A stretch of 63,505 nt of DNA, the filler included. It is 5 parts of 5 records of this genome, joined end to end, with 100 filler letters (N's around TTAATTAATTAA, not from the genome) between each part and the next. Parts side by side here need not be neighbours in the genome. Positions count along the whole stretch, not along the records: positions 10,518 to 37,804 come from SRR31156797_8073; 4 more parts are not named here. One strand, written 5' to 3'. Below, piece after piece: positions 10,533 to 20,610 of the stretch; the first letter of the stretch is position 1; each line of letters begins with the position of its first letter. The notes under the pieces were generated by a model. It was not told the DNA's origin and made no database searches. It saw nothing but the letters and a program-made list of their open reading frames with translations. Position numbers and translations under genes: made by a program.

Positions 10533-11096
10533 CTACTTTCTTGCTCTTAATCGGCTCAATGAAACTTGCGAAATACCTAAAAAACTTGCAGTGTCGCCCA
10601 GGCTAATACGTTGTTGCAGGTGTCCATACTCTGAAATAAAATTATGATAGCGCTCTGTGGCATTTGAATGGAGCATGGTTTTTAAACGCTCGATAGACAT
10701 AATTGCCATGTTTGAAACGACTATCCGGATAAAACGCTCAAAAGAATGGTGTTTTACGCAAATCTTTTCCAAATCGTCATGTTCCAAATATATCAGGCTT
10801 GTATCTTCCAGGGCAATTGTTGAGTAATCTGCAGGCATGTTTTTAAGAAAGCTATCGGAAATAGTAACAAATTTTTTATCACAAAAAAACCTTAAAATAA
10901 ATTGGTTACCATTGTAATAATAATAGTGTTTTAACAATCCACTCTCTATAAAATAAAGGCGACGGGAAACTTTCCCTTTTTGATTCACTATTTTACCCTT
11001 CTCAAAAAAACTTGTCTTAAGGTTAGGCAATAAATCCTCTTTTGCTTCCTCAGAAAGAGGAGAAATTAAATCTGCCTGTATTAAGAAATCAGTCAT
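10533..11096 (-). CDS. Crp/Fnr family transcriptional regulator
   Basis: cNMP-binding-like LYFIESGL; C-terminal ASFLGISQVSLSRLR HTH typical of Bacteroidota Crp proteins. Confidence 0.9.
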   Translation of the reverse strand: MTDFLIQADLISPLSEEAKEDLLPNLKTSFFEKGKIVNQKGKVSRRLYFIESGLLKHYYYYNGNQFILRFFCDKKFVTISDSFLKNMPADYSTIALEDTSLIYLEHDDLEKICVKHHSFERFIRIVVSNMAIMSIERLKTMLHSNATERYHNFISEYGHLQQRISLGDTASFLGISQVSLSRLRARK

Positions 11097-11189
11097 ATTA
11101 TCTACGTTTACAATTAGTTGAAAGCTATATGTGGTTAAATCCCCCTTGTCTATGGAGGTAATATCCGGAGCATTTATACATTGCAGAGC

Positions 11190-12878
11190 TTACTTTTCTT
11201 TCTCAAATGGCCATGCCATTATTCCCCCTTCCAATACTTTAACATTGGTATAACCATGTGCTTGTAACAATACTGCTGCTTCGTAACCTCGTAATGAGAT
11301 TTTACAAAAAGTAATAATCTTTTTGTTTTTATCTTCCGGCAGCTCATTTAATCTTTTACGGAGCATACCAATTGGAATGAGTGTTTCACCAATACCCAAT
11401 CGAGTTTGTTCATACTCATCAGCTCCACGAGCATCAAGTAAAAACATATCCTCCTTCTTATCCAATTTTTCTTTTAATTCTAAAGATGATATACCCTCGA
11501 AAATTCCATGCATCTTATTTTGCAATATATGAGCTGAGGCTATGCTATGGTCAATAGCCAGAGAAAACGGAGGTGCATAGGGTAGGTCGGCATTTACCAT
11601 GTCGTCAACTGTCAAGCCTCCTTTTATGGCCGTAGCCCAAATAGCCAGCTGTTTGCTTACATCACCTGGACCAAGGCATTGCGCTCCCAGAATCTTGCCA
11701 GTGGATTTCTCAGCAAGCAATTTGGTAATTAGCAGTTTACCATCCATAAAGCCTGGTTTATCTGGACTTGCATTTACTACTTTCACAAAATCTATTCCGG
11801 CTTCCTTTGCTTTGGTTTCTGATAATCCAGTAATACCAATTCCATAATCAAATAGTTTACAAATACCTGTTTGTTGTGTGCCTGGAAATGTTGCAACATT
11901 GCCTTTTATGACATTTTCTCCGGCAACACGCCCTTCAAGATTAGCCAGGTCTCCATAAGGAGCAAGTACTTGTTTGCCTGTTATGGTATTTTTTATTTCG
12001 CAACAATCGCCCGATGCATAAATATCGGAATTGGATGTTTGCATGTGTTTATCTACAACAATACCGCCTAATTTACCAATTGAAAGACCTGCGTCTTTTG
12101 CAAGTTTAACATTGGGTTTTACTCCTATCGCTACCACAGCCAATTCGCAAGGGATTTCTGTTCCGTTTTGAAGTTTTACTCCGGTAAGTTTACCGTTTTC
12201 TCCAAGAAATTCAGCGACGCCATTTTGGGTAATAACATTGGCTTTTGTTTTCAGGTAATTCTCAACCAATTTAGCCATTTTCCAATCAAGAAAAGTAAGC
12301 AACTGAGGCAACAGTTCAATCATAGTAAGTTCGATGCCTGCTAAGTGTAAAGCTTCAAGTGTTTCAATACCAATTAATCCACCACCAATAACAACAGCTT
12401 TTTTAATTTCGCCTTCATCTCGAATTTTTCGCAAGTAATCTGCATCCTGCATCGACTGTAAAGTTGTTATGCCATCAAGGTCGGTTCCGGGTATCGGAGG
12501 CATGTTTGCAGTTGCCCCGGTGGTAATTATTAGTTTATCGTATTCCTGCGAACCTTGCTCTCCGTTTGTTAGGTCTGTAAACTCAATTTTTTTATTTGCT
12601 GTGTCAATTCTTGTAACCTCAGTATTCACTTTAGCTACTATCCCTTTGGCGTTCCAATAAAACTTAGGGTCACGAACTACACCTGTGGGAGTGCATAGTA
12701 ATTTGTTGCGGTCATCAAAAAAACCTCCAACAAAATAGGGGTATCCACAGGATGCCATTGATAAATCAGGACTTTTCTGAAAGATAGTTATTTCTGCACT
12801 TTCGTCCATTCTTCTTGCTTTTGCTGCTGCTTTAGGGCCAGCTGCCGAACCACCAATTACAATTATTTTTTTTGCCAT
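11190..12878 (-). CDS. CoA-disulfide/persulfide reductase-like FAD oxidoreductase with C-terminal rhodanese domain
   Basis: GGSAAG and GGGLIG dinucleotide folds, redox Cys in ASCGYPY, YAPPFS, rhodanese loop FCKISLRG. Confidence 0.9.
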   Translation of the reverse strand: MAKKIIVIGGSAAGPKAAAKARRMDESAEITIFQKSPDLSMASCGYPYFVGGFFDDRNKLLCTPTGVVRDPKFYWNAKGIVAKVNTEVTRIDTANKKIEFTDLTNGEQGSQEYDKLIITTGATANMPPIPGTDLDGITTLQSMQDADYLRKIRDEGEIKKAVVIGGGLIGIETLEALHLAGIELTMIELLPQLLTFLDWKMAKLVENYLKTKANVITQNGVAEFLGENGKLTGVKLQNGTEIPCELAVVAIGVKPNVKLAKDAGLSIGKLGGIVVDKHMQTSNSDIYASGDCCEIKNTITGKQVLAPYGDLANLEGRVAGENVIKGNVATFPGTQQTGICKLFDYGIGITGLSETKAKEAGIDFVKVVNASPDKPGFMDGKLLITKLLAEKSTGKILGAQCLGPGDVSKQLAIWATAIKGGLTVDDMVNADLPYAPPFSLAIDHSIASAHILQNKMHGIFEGISSLELKEKLDKKEDMFLLDARGADEYEQTRLGIGETLIPIGMLRKRLNELPEDKNKKIITFCKISLRGYEAAVLLQAHGYTNVKVLEGGIMAWPFEKEK

Positions 12879-12882
12879 GACG

Positions 12883-13290
12883 TTATCCTTTTTTATTAAC
12901 TACTGTTCTTTTTATTCTTAATATTACAGGTTGTTCTGAGCCATTAGAATAAACCGTAATGCTTTTGTTAAAACTTCCTGCTCGTGCCGTATTGTACTTT
13001 ACCTTTATTGCAGCTTCTTCGCCCTTTTTAATTGGGGTTTTAGGCCAGGCAGGAACAGTACAGCCACAGGATGAACGAACATTGGAAAGAATTAATGTCT
13101 CCTTTCCTTCGTTGGTAAATTTGAATTCGCAAGTTCCATCACCGTTTAGTTCAATTTCGCCATAATCATGAATGGTTTCAGTAAACTTAATCTTTGCTGA
13201 TTTTGATTTTTTATCCGTGCTGTCTTCCTGAGCACAAGCTACTGTAAGTAATAGTAAGCAACTAAATAAAGTAACTGTAATCTTTTTCAT
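12883..13290 (-). CDS. DUF1573 domain protein
   Basis: F.FTNEG..LI..V.SSCGCTVP motif; signal peptide. Confidence 0.9.
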   Translation of the reverse strand: MKKITVTLFSCLLLLTVACAQEDSTDKKSKSAKIKFTETIHDYGEIELNGDGTCEFKFTNEGKETLILSNVRSSCGCTVPAWPKTPIKKGEEAAIKVKYNTARAGSFNKSITVYSNGSEQPVILRIKRTVVNKKG

Positions 13291-13333
13291 AGCTGTATTT
13301 TTAAATTAAACATTCGTTTGTTTTTATCATTTT

Positions 13334-13837
13334 TTAATTCTTGAAGCGCTCGTCCGACCGCATATTCTCTTTAGGAACCAGAACTGTTTTATCCAGCCAT
13401 CCGCTTTTGGCGTCAAGCCTGTTATCGTATTTTGGAAAAAATGGTTTTATATCCAATAATGGAGTTTCGTTTAGCATATCTACCATTTCGATATGGACAA
13501 TATTATTCTCAATGCCAATGAGTTTTACTGTTGAAGTTCCTATGGCATTAGGTCGTTTAGGGGCTTTACATGAGAATATACCATGCTCTTTATCATCCAT
13601 AAAAGGTTTTACCATAAGTTTATATCCATCAATTTTATGAAAATGATATAATAAGGTTATATGCGAAAAACCTTCAAGGTCAGTTAATCCTTCTGCATAT
13701 TCCGGGTATAGCTCAATATGACCTTTAACTCCTTCTGCTGCTATAGGCTGAATAGGCATATTGTTTATGTCGTTATGAGGGGTATGAATAATTCCAATTG
13801 GGCTAATTGATATTTGTTCTCTGTTCATATTTTGCAT
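13334..13837 (-). CDS. tsaA: TsaA/TrmO tRNA m6t6A37 methyltransferase family
   Basis: PIGIIHTP, GLTDLEGFSH, RPNAIG, TPLLDIKP; start moved to ATG 13837 (13828 is an alternative). Confidence 0.85.
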   Translation of the reverse strand: MQNMNREQISISPIGIIHTPHNDINNMPIQPIAAEGVKGHIELYPEYAEGLTDLEGFSHITLLYHFHKIDGYKLMVKPFMDDKEHGIFSCKAPKRPNAIGTSTVKLIGIENNIVHIEMVDMLNETPLLDIKPFFPKYDNRLDAKSGWLDKTVLVPKENMRSDERFKN

Positions 13838-13838
13838 T

Positions 13839-14621
13839 TTATAAATTAAAAACAGTTCCGGTTTTAACCTGCGATATTTCAAATTCATTTTTAAAAGCAA
13901 ACAGAGCATCTAATTGTGTGCAATGAGAAGGAAATATCTTACCTATATTCTGGTTCTTGAAAAAACGAATGGTTTCTTTGGTTTGCTTATTATTGGCTTT
14001 AAGATGAAAACCACCAAAAACAGCTTTTACATCGTTAACCCCGGTGATTTTTTGAGCATGTAATATAGTATTACAGATACCTGAATGAGCGCATCCACTT
14101 ACTACTATTAGTTCGTTATTATGCACAATGCAGATTGCAGAATCGTCAGGTACAAAGTCGGGTTTATTGTTTTTATCGACAAAAGGTGTGGTTTTAGATT
14201 CAAAATCAGTTAAACGTGGAATTTCACCAAGAAAGATAATATTATCCGATATTTTATATGGTTCTTTGGTAGGCACTAAATCAAACCTGTCTGACAATTC
14301 ATCTTTTGTTAGGTCTAAACCTATAAAACTGTCATCGTTACCACGAAACCTTTCCATAAATGCCATCGGGTGAGTTAGTAATCTTTTCCCTTCAAGGAAG
14401 GATAAACCATCTCCGTGATCCCAATGACCATGACTGAGTACAACTGTATTTACCTCATTGTGAATATCAATTTCAAGCTTTGTTGCATTTTTCAGAAAAA
14501 CATCGGTATGTCCTGTATCAAAAAGAATTTTATGTCCCTCGTGACTAATCAGATACGAAAGTCCATGCTCGGCAAGGAAACCTGCTCCGGCACAATTATC
14601 GGTTAAGACTGTTAGTTGCAT
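13839..14621 (-). CDS. MBL-fold metallo-hydrolase
   Basis: EHGLS, LFDTG, SHGHWDHGDG, GCAHSG, GGFHL, HCT. Confidence 0.9.
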   Translation of the reverse strand: MQLTVLTDNCAGAGFLAEHGLSYLISHEGHKILFDTGHTDVFLKNATKLEIDIHNEVNTVVLSHGHWDHGDGLSFLEGKRLLTHPMAFMERFRGNDDSFIGLDLTKDELSDRFDLVPTKEPYKISDNIIFLGEIPRLTDFESKTTPFVDKNNKPDFVPDDSAICIVHNNELIVVSGCAHSGICNTILHAQKITGVNDVKAVFGGFHLKANNKQTKETIRFFKNQNIGKIFPSHCTQLDALFAFKNEFEISQVKTGTVFNL

Positions 14622-15040
14622 ACGTTCATTGTTTTAGCATTTTCCAAAGCCTTCTCTACAAAATCTGGTGCGCCCATCGGAAACCGATTTTTGCTATCGA
14701 CAAATACAACAGTCGATTTTGCCGTAGTCAATAGAATGCCTTCTTCGTTCCATACTTCAAATACAAAATTGAACCGTACTTCCGGCATTTCTTTGATTGT
14801 GGTTCTTATCGTTAATAGTTCATCGTAATGAGCAGGTTTTTTATAGTTAATTTCAAATGAAATTACCGGGAGCATCACATTGTTTTCTTCGAGCAAACTG
14901 TCGTGAATGCCAATCTTTCGCAACAATTCGGTACGTGCCTGATGGCAATAGCTAACATAATTGGCATGGTAAACGTATCCCATCTGGTCAACCTCTCCAT
15001 ATCTGGGGCGCAATTGTATTTCGTCTGTTATCATAATCAT
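14612..15040 (-). CDS. Acyl-CoA thioesterase (YbgC/FadM family)
   Basis: RYGEVDQMGYVYHANY hotdog-fold motif. Confidence 0.9.
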   Translation of the reverse strand: MIMITDEIQLRPRYGEVDQMGYVYHANYVSYCHQARTELLRKIGIHDSLLEENNVMLPVISFEINYKKPAHYDELLTIRTTIKEMPEVRFNFVFEVWNEEGILLTTAKSTVVFVDSKNRFPMGAPDFVEKALENAKTMNVCN

Positions 15041-15041
15041 T

Positions 15042-15557
15042 TCAATATTCTATTCCTTTTCGGGCTTCAATGCCCGAATTATAATAATGTTTAACTTCTT
15101 TCATTTCAGTTACCAGGTCGGCAATAGCAATAATTTCTTCGGGAGCATATCGTCCGGTAATTATTATCTCTGTTTCGGGTGGTTTAGATTGCACTATTTC
15201 AATCAAATCGTTTACTGAGAAAAGGTTGAAGAAAAGAGCAATATTGGCTTCATCCAATACAATTACATCATAGGAAGCTGCTTGAATAATTTTTTTGATT
15301 TCCTTTAAACCTTTTTGTGCGCTTTCAATATCTTCTTTTGTTGGCTGTTTCTTTATAAAGCATCCTAAACCGTACTGCTTTAATGTAATAGCAGGTAATA
15401 ATTCTTTCAACACGTTGATTTCCGAATAGGGTTTACCCTTTACAAATTGGGCGAAAAACACTTTTTTTCCGGCACCAACCGCCCTGATTGACAAACCTAT
15501 GGCTGCGGTTGTTTTTCCTTTTCCATTGCCTGTATAAACCTGAATAAACCCTTTCAT
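15042..15557 (-). CDS. cobO: Cob(I)yrinic acid a,c-diamide adenosyltransferase (CobO/BtuR)
   Basis: YTGNGKGKTTAAIG, QFVKG, VLDE, TGR, ADLVTEM, ARKGIEY. Confidence 0.92.
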   Translation of the reverse strand: MKGFIQVYTGNGKGKTTAAIGLSIRAVGAGKKVFFAQFVKGKPYSEINVLKELLPAITLKQYGLGCFIKKQPTKEDIESAQKGLKEIKKIIQAASYDVIVLDEANIALFFNLFSVNDLIEIVQSKPPETEIIITGRYAPEEIIAIADLVTEMKEVKHYYNSGIEARKGIEY

Positions 15558-15560
15558 TGG

Positions 15561-16499
15561 CTAATTGCTATAAGTTCTCACGTAATAATTAAATCCATTA
15601 AAGCTTGATTTCTTTATTTTTCCGTTTTTTATAAGCTGTTCAAGTACAGAGTAATCGGCAGAATCTTTTTTAAGTAATTCGTCAATGGTATCCTCCCTTA
15701 AAGGATGAACGGCTGAAATAGTAAGAATATCTGCCTGAGCATCGCCAGTGTATCCTGTGTCTGTCCCTTCAAAACCCGTAAGGGTTTCTACATTAATGTT
15801 GTGGTTTTTAAATATCTGCCATGCCTCCGCAATCCTAGCTTCTGAAACAGGTTTTACTCCCTTTTCAACAGGAGGACGGGTAGGGATTGATATATATGCT
15901 CTATGAGGTTTTAATCCTGAAATAAATTTTGCTGTACCCTGAATATCAGATATACTATCATTATACCCCTCGACTAGCATAGTCTCGGTGTTTAAGATTC
16001 CTTTATAATCCTTGCTAAAGTTTTTAACTCCTTCAAGAATTGAATCAAGATTAAGCCAAATATACGGGCGGTTAATTTTTTTCCAGGATGCTTCATTAAC
16101 CGAATCTATTTTAACCGAAACCCAATCGGCATTATTTAAATCATTACGGGTATGTTCTTTGTCTAATAAACTTGCATTGGTTATTACCGCAACAGGCAAA
16201 CCTAATTGTTGCAATTTCTTGATTAAAGTGCCCAGATTTATATCAAGAGTAGGTTCTCCATTGGCAACAATGGTAAGATATTTTGGTCGGTGCGTAAGAT
16301 CTAATTTCTTTAAATGCGATTTAACTTTTTCGTAAATATTCTGCGGTTTGTAAAATTCAGTCCTGAACATCGACTTATTGGAGGTTTCTCCAACCTGGCA
16401 GTACACACAGGAATAAGAACAATGTTTTGGTGGTAAAACATTGTTAATTCCTAAACTTGTAATTAACCTTCTTGAAGGGACTGGCCCAAAAATTATCAT
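15561..16499 (-). CDS. Radical SAM protein
   Basis: FGPVPSRRL..SLGIN; CSYSCVYC; GEPTL. Confidence 0.9.
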   Translation of the reverse strand: MIIFGPVPSRRLITSLGINNVLPPKHCSYSCVYCQVGETSNKSMFRTEFYKPQNIYEKVKSHLKKLDLTHRPKYLTIVANGEPTLDINLGTLIKKLQQLGLPVAVITNASLLDKEHTRNDLNNADWVSVKIDSVNEASWKKINRPYIWLNLDSILEGVKNFSKDYKGILNTETMLVEGYNDSISDIQGTAKFISGLKPHRAYISIPTRPPVEKGVKPVSEARIAEAWQIFKNHNINVETLTGFEGTDTGYTGDAQADILTISAVHPLREDTIDELLKKDSADYSVLEQLIKNGKIKKSSFNGFNYYVRTYSN

Positions 16500-16505
16500 G
16501 GCAAA

Positions 16506-17750
16506 CTAATTAAATCGTTTAAACAGAGAAGTAAAAATATGACCTCCAAAGCCAAAGGTGTTGTTCAACACCGTATTTATTTCTTTATTAACAGCTTTGT
16601 TTGGAGTTAAATTCAGAGCATTGTCTATCGCAGGGTCAACTTCGTTAAGATTCATTGTTGCGGGGATAATGCCATGTTTTATTGCCATAACACAAGCCAC
16701 AGCTTCAACAGCACCGGCAGCACCCAATAAATGACCAATCATTGATTTGTTGGCACTTACATGAAGCTTTTTCAAATTATCTGAAAACACATTGCAAATA
16801 GCTTTACACTCGCTTAAATCACCCACAGGGGTTGACGTTCCGTGTGCGCTGATATAATCAATATCAGATGGTGCAAGTCCGGCTTCACTTATTGCATCAA
16901 GCATGGCAGTTACTGCTCCTTCACCTTCGGGATGCGGTGCGGCAATATGATAGGCATCGGAACTAAAACCGCCTCCGGCTAATTCGCAGTAGATTTTCGC
17001 CCCTCTTTTTTCGGCATGTTCGAGTTCTTCTAATAACAAAACTCCTGCACCTTCACCCATTACAAAACCATCACGGGTTTTGTCGAAGGGGCGCGAAGCT
17101 GTATCGGGGCTGTCGTTACGTTCAGAGATTGCTTTCATAGAACTAAAACCTCCAATACCCGATTGTGTTACACAGGCTTCTGAACCACCTGCAAAAATAG
17201 CATTGGCCTTGCCTAAACGGATTAGGTTAAAAGCATCAATTATGGCATTATTGCTCGATGCACAGGCAGATGTCGTAACATAACTAATGCCTTTTAAACC
17301 ATAACGGATTGAGATATACCCGGCTGCCATATTAGAAATAAGCTTAGTAATAAAGAAGGGACTAAACCGTGATATCTCCGGGTTACGGTTAAAGCTAGTC
17401 ACTTCGTCTTCGAAAGTTTTTATCCCTCCTATACCCGAACCCCATATTACCCCGGTTCGTTTTAAGTCTGTTTCGTCTAATTGAATTTTTGCATCAGCCA
17501 AGCATTCTTCCATAACTGCAATGGCATAGTGTACAAAAGCATCTTGTTTGCGGGCTTCTGCTTTTTCCAGATATTGTAAAGGATCGAAATTTTTTACTTC
17601 TGCTGCAATCTGTGTTTTTAAATTAGAGGCATCGAACCTGGTAATTTTCGAAACTCCGCTTGTTCCTTTAATAAGGCTGTTCCAAAACTCGTTTACATTA
17701 TTACCAATTGGGGTTAATGCTCCCATACCTGTTACTACTACTCGTTTCAT
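16506..17750 (-). CDS. fabF: Beta-ketoacyl-ACP synthase II
   Basis: RVVVTGMG, SACAS catalytic Cys, SRPFD..RDGFVMGEG, HGTST, GHLLGAAG, FGFGG. Confidence 0.95.
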   Translation of the reverse strand: MKRVVVTGMGALTPIGNNVNEFWNSLIKGTSGVSKITRFDASNLKTQIAAEVKNFDPLQYLEKAEARKQDAFVHYAIAVMEECLADAKIQLDETDLKRTGVIWGSGIGGIKTFEDEVTSFNRNPEISRFSPFFITKLISNMAAGYISIRYGLKGISYVTTSACASSNNAIIDAFNLIRLGKANAIFAGGSEACVTQSGIGGFSSMKAISERNDSPDTASRPFDKTRDGFVMGEGAGVLLLEELEHAEKRGAKIYCELAGGGFSSDAYHIAAPHPEGEGAVTAMLDAISEAGLAPSDIDYISAHGTSTPVGDLSECKAICNVFSDNLKKLHVSANKSMIGHLLGAAGAVEAVACVMAIKHGIIPATMNLNEVDPAIDNALNLTPNKAVNKEINTVLNNTFGFGGHIFTSLFKRFN

Positions 17751-17864
17751 ACGTGTAATTTTTACTATTAATTGTCATATGGAACCCATAAGAATTTTCA
17801 TAGCCTACTTAATAAATTTAGAATGATGATAATTCTTATGAGTTTTATAATTCAATGTTTGGGT

Positions 17865-18242
17865 TTATACTATTTTTTCTGCCCCGGAGAAAATTTCCTG
17901 TACTTCAACAACAGCAACACCATAGCCTGGCAGATCAGCCCTGTTCCATTTTTTCATGTCGTTGAACTCATCGCCTTCCGTTTTGTAACTCACGCTTCCT
18001 TTTAATTGATATGATTTTGTCTCTTTCGTAATAAATAATACAGTTACTTCTTTACTGGTTTCAATGTTTTCAAGTGTCTTTTTAAACTTGTTATTCGCAA
18101 TTAGTACTTTATTATCATTGAATAATGCTGCCTGTGTAGCATAAATTGAATTTGGAATGCCAGTCTCAGAAACTGTAGTTAAAACTATAGCATCTTGTTT
18201 ATTGCTCCATTCTTTTTTTATTAATTCCGGTATTGTTATCAT
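17865..18242 (-). CDS. Pyridoxamine 5'-phosphate oxidase-like FMN-binding protein
   Basis: LTTVS..GIPN; KTLENI; SYQLKG. Confidence 0.8.
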   Translation of the reverse strand: MITIPELIKKEWSNKQDAIVLTTVSETGIPNSIYATQAALFNDNKVLIANNKFKKTLENIETSKEVTVLFITKETKSYQLKGSVSYKTEGDEFNDMKKWNRADLPGYGVAVVEVQEIFSGAEKIV

Positions 18243-18255
18243 TTTGTATTATATT

Positions 18256-18723
18256 TTAGTTATTATATTCTAACTCGCTAATTGCTTTTAAAGAGTTGTG
18301 TTTATTGGTAAAGTCCTTGTCGAATAGATTGGTTACTAAACCTTCGGATAGTTTACTGAATATCATATCGTGTCCTACACACAATCCCATTGAGATGTTA
18401 AGTTCTGTTTTATGTTGATTTAAAAAATCAGCCTGTCCGGCCGGATTGCACAAAATTCGTTTACTTTCTCCTCCCAAGAGTTCTTGTTTAGTTATTTTAC
18501 CGTATTTACAATCAACAGAATATACGTTGAAATATTTTGATAAATAATCACTTAACACTTTTGCTTCGTGAGAAAAAGAAATGCAATGAGCAATACCTAT
18601 CCGTTTGAAATTAGTATTTTGAGCAAAGTTTTTTATTTCTTCAATTCTGTTTGTTCTTAATTTAGAGCAATCGGCATTTGATTGCATGATTGTCCTAAAT
18701 TCTTTCGTGTATAATCCAGTCAT
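18256..18723 (-). CDS. DUF1847 domain protein
   Basis: RIEEI..FA...IGIAHC; CNPAGQA; GLCVGHD. Confidence 0.85.
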   Translation of the reverse strand: MTGLYTKEFRTIMQSNADCSKLRTNRIEEIKNFAQNTNFKRIGIAHCISFSHEAKVLSDYLSKYFNVYSVDCKYGKITKQELLGGESKRILCNPAGQADFLNQHKTELNISMGLCVGHDMIFSKLSEGLVTNLFDKDFTNKHNSLKAISELEYNN

Positions 18724-18736
18724 ATTTATTCGTACG

Positions 18737-19576
18737 TTATTTTAAGTCTGTTGGTAAATGCACATCCATATCACCATAATCAAGGTTTTCGCCTGCCATA
18801 CCCCATACAAAAATATAATTAGAAGTACCGGAAGCACTATGGATCGACCATGCTGGTGAGATGACAGCTTGTTCATTTTTCATCCATATATGTCTTGTTT
18901 CATCTGGTTTGCCCATATAATGGCATACGGCTTGTTTTTCGGGTACTTCAAAATAGAAATATGCTTCCATACGGCGGCTATGTGTATGTGCAGGCATGGT
19001 GTTCCAAACACTTCCCGGTTTTAACTCGGTCATGCCCATTTGTAACTGGCAGGTTTGCACGTTACTATTTACAATAAGCTTATTGATTCTTCGTGCATTC
19101 GATTCTTCCAACGATCCTAAATCGACACATTCTGCATCTTCAAGGGTAATTTTTTTAACCGGGTACGATGCGTGTGCAGGAGCTGAATTTAAATAAAAAC
19201 GGGCAGGCGAGTTTTTGTCAGAACTTTTAAAAACAACTTCTTTAATCCCGGAACCAATATATAATGCTTCTTTGAATCCAAGTTCGTATTCGGTTCCATC
19301 AACGCTTATTACACCGTTCCCTTTACCAACATTTATTACCCCAAGTTCCCTTCTGGCTAAAAAGAATTCGGCTTTAAGCGCATCTACTGTTTCCAGTTTC
19401 AGTTCTTTGGATTTTGGTACTGCTCCGCCTACTATAAAACGATCGTTGTGCGAATATACAATGTGTATCTCATCATCTTTAAGAATGGTTTCAAGAAGAA
19501 ATTTATCCCTGATTTTTTGGGTATTATAACCTTCAAAATCTTGTGGATCTGTTGCAAATAATTCTTTAAATTTCAT
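18737..19576 (-). CDS. kduI: 5-dehydro-4-deoxy-D-glucuronate isomerase
   Basis: RRELGVIN, CQLQMG, GSVWNTMPAHTHSRRME, ISPAWSIH, WGMAGEN. Confidence 0.95.
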   Translation of the reverse strand: MKFKELFATDPQDFEGYNTQKIRDKFLLETILKDDEIHIVYSHNDRFIVGGAVPKSKELKLETVDALKAEFFLARRELGVINVGKGNGVISVDGTEYELGFKEALYIGSGIKEVVFKSSDKNSPARFYLNSAPAHASYPVKKITLEDAECVDLGSLEESNARRINKLIVNSNVQTCQLQMGMTELKPGSVWNTMPAHTHSRRMEAYFYFEVPEKQAVCHYMGKPDETRHIWMKNEQAVISPAWSIHSASGTSNYIFVWGMAGENLDYGDMDVHLPTDLK

Positions 19577-19596
19577 TTTGTAAATATTTTATGTTA

Positions 19597-20586
19597 TTAA
19601 TTATTATAAGCCCATTTAAGATATATTGAGCCCCAGGTAAAACCACCCCCAAAAGCCGCTAAAATAAGTTTGTCGCCTTTTTTTAGTTCTTTTTCAAGTT
19701 CCCATAAACATAAAGGGATAGTTGCAGCCGTGGTATTACCATAGCGTTCAATATTTATTTTAATTTTGTCTTTTGACAATTCCATTCTTTTACCTACCGC
19801 TTCAATTATGCGTAAATTTGCCTGATGCGGAATAAACCAAGATAACTCTTCAGGACTGATATTATGTTTCTTCATCATATTTACCGAAGTGTCTGCCATG
19901 CTTGATACTGCAACTTTAAAAACTGATTTACCTTCCTGATACATGAAGTGTTCTTTTGCATCTACAGTTTCATGCGAAGCAGGTTTAAGGGAACCTCCTG
20001 CTTTCATATATAAAAAGTCTTTACCTGAACCATCAATATGTAAATCATGGTCAATAATACCTGTGTTTTCTTCAGTGGGTTCAAGAAGCATGGCAACGGC
20101 AGCATCGCCAAATAAAACGCAGGTAGTACGGTCTGTGTAATCGGTTATTGATGACATTTTATCGGCAGCAACTAATATCACTTTCTTGTTTTTACCTGAT
20201 TCGATAAACTGTGAGGCTGTTTGCAGGGCAAAAATAAATCCTGAACATGCAGCACTCAAATCAAAGCCCCAGGCATTTTTAATCCCGGCTTTTTCAGCAA
20301 TTAAACAAGCTGTTGAGGGGAAAAACATGTCAGGGGTTATGGTAGCAGTTATGATTAGTTCAATCTCATCAGATGAAGTTCCTGTTTTTTGAAGCAGTTT
20401 CTTTACTGCTTCAGCCCCCATGTCAGAAGTTGCCAGACCTTCTCCTTTTAAAATCCTTCGCTCTTTAATACCAACCCGTTTGGTAATCCATTCATCGGAA
20501 GTATCTACCATTTCACTTAGTTTTTCGTTGGTTAATTTGTAATCTGGCAAGTATGCCTCTATTCCTGAAATTTTTGCAGTTATCAT
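19597..20586 (-). CDS. fabH: Beta-ketoacyl-ACP synthase III
   Basis: DTSDEWI, AACSGF, PHQANLRI, YGNT, FGGGFTWG. Confidence 0.95.
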   Translation of the reverse strand: MITAKISGIEAYLPDYKLTNEKLSEMVDTSDEWITKRVGIKERRILKGEGLATSDMGAEAVKKLLQKTGTSSDEIELIITATITPDMFFPSTACLIAEKAGIKNAWGFDLSAACSGFIFALQTASQFIESGKNKKVILVAADKMSSITDYTDRTTCVLFGDAAVAMLLEPTEENTGIIDHDLHIDGSGKDFLYMKAGGSLKPASHETVDAKEHFMYQEGKSVFKVAVSSMADTSVNMMKKHNISPEELSWFIPHQANLRIIEAVGKRMELSKDKIKINIERYGNTTAATIPLCLWELEKELKKGDKLILAAFGGGFTWGSIYLKWAYNN

Positions 20587-20610
20587 TTTTTGTCTCCTAT
20601 TGTATTTTTA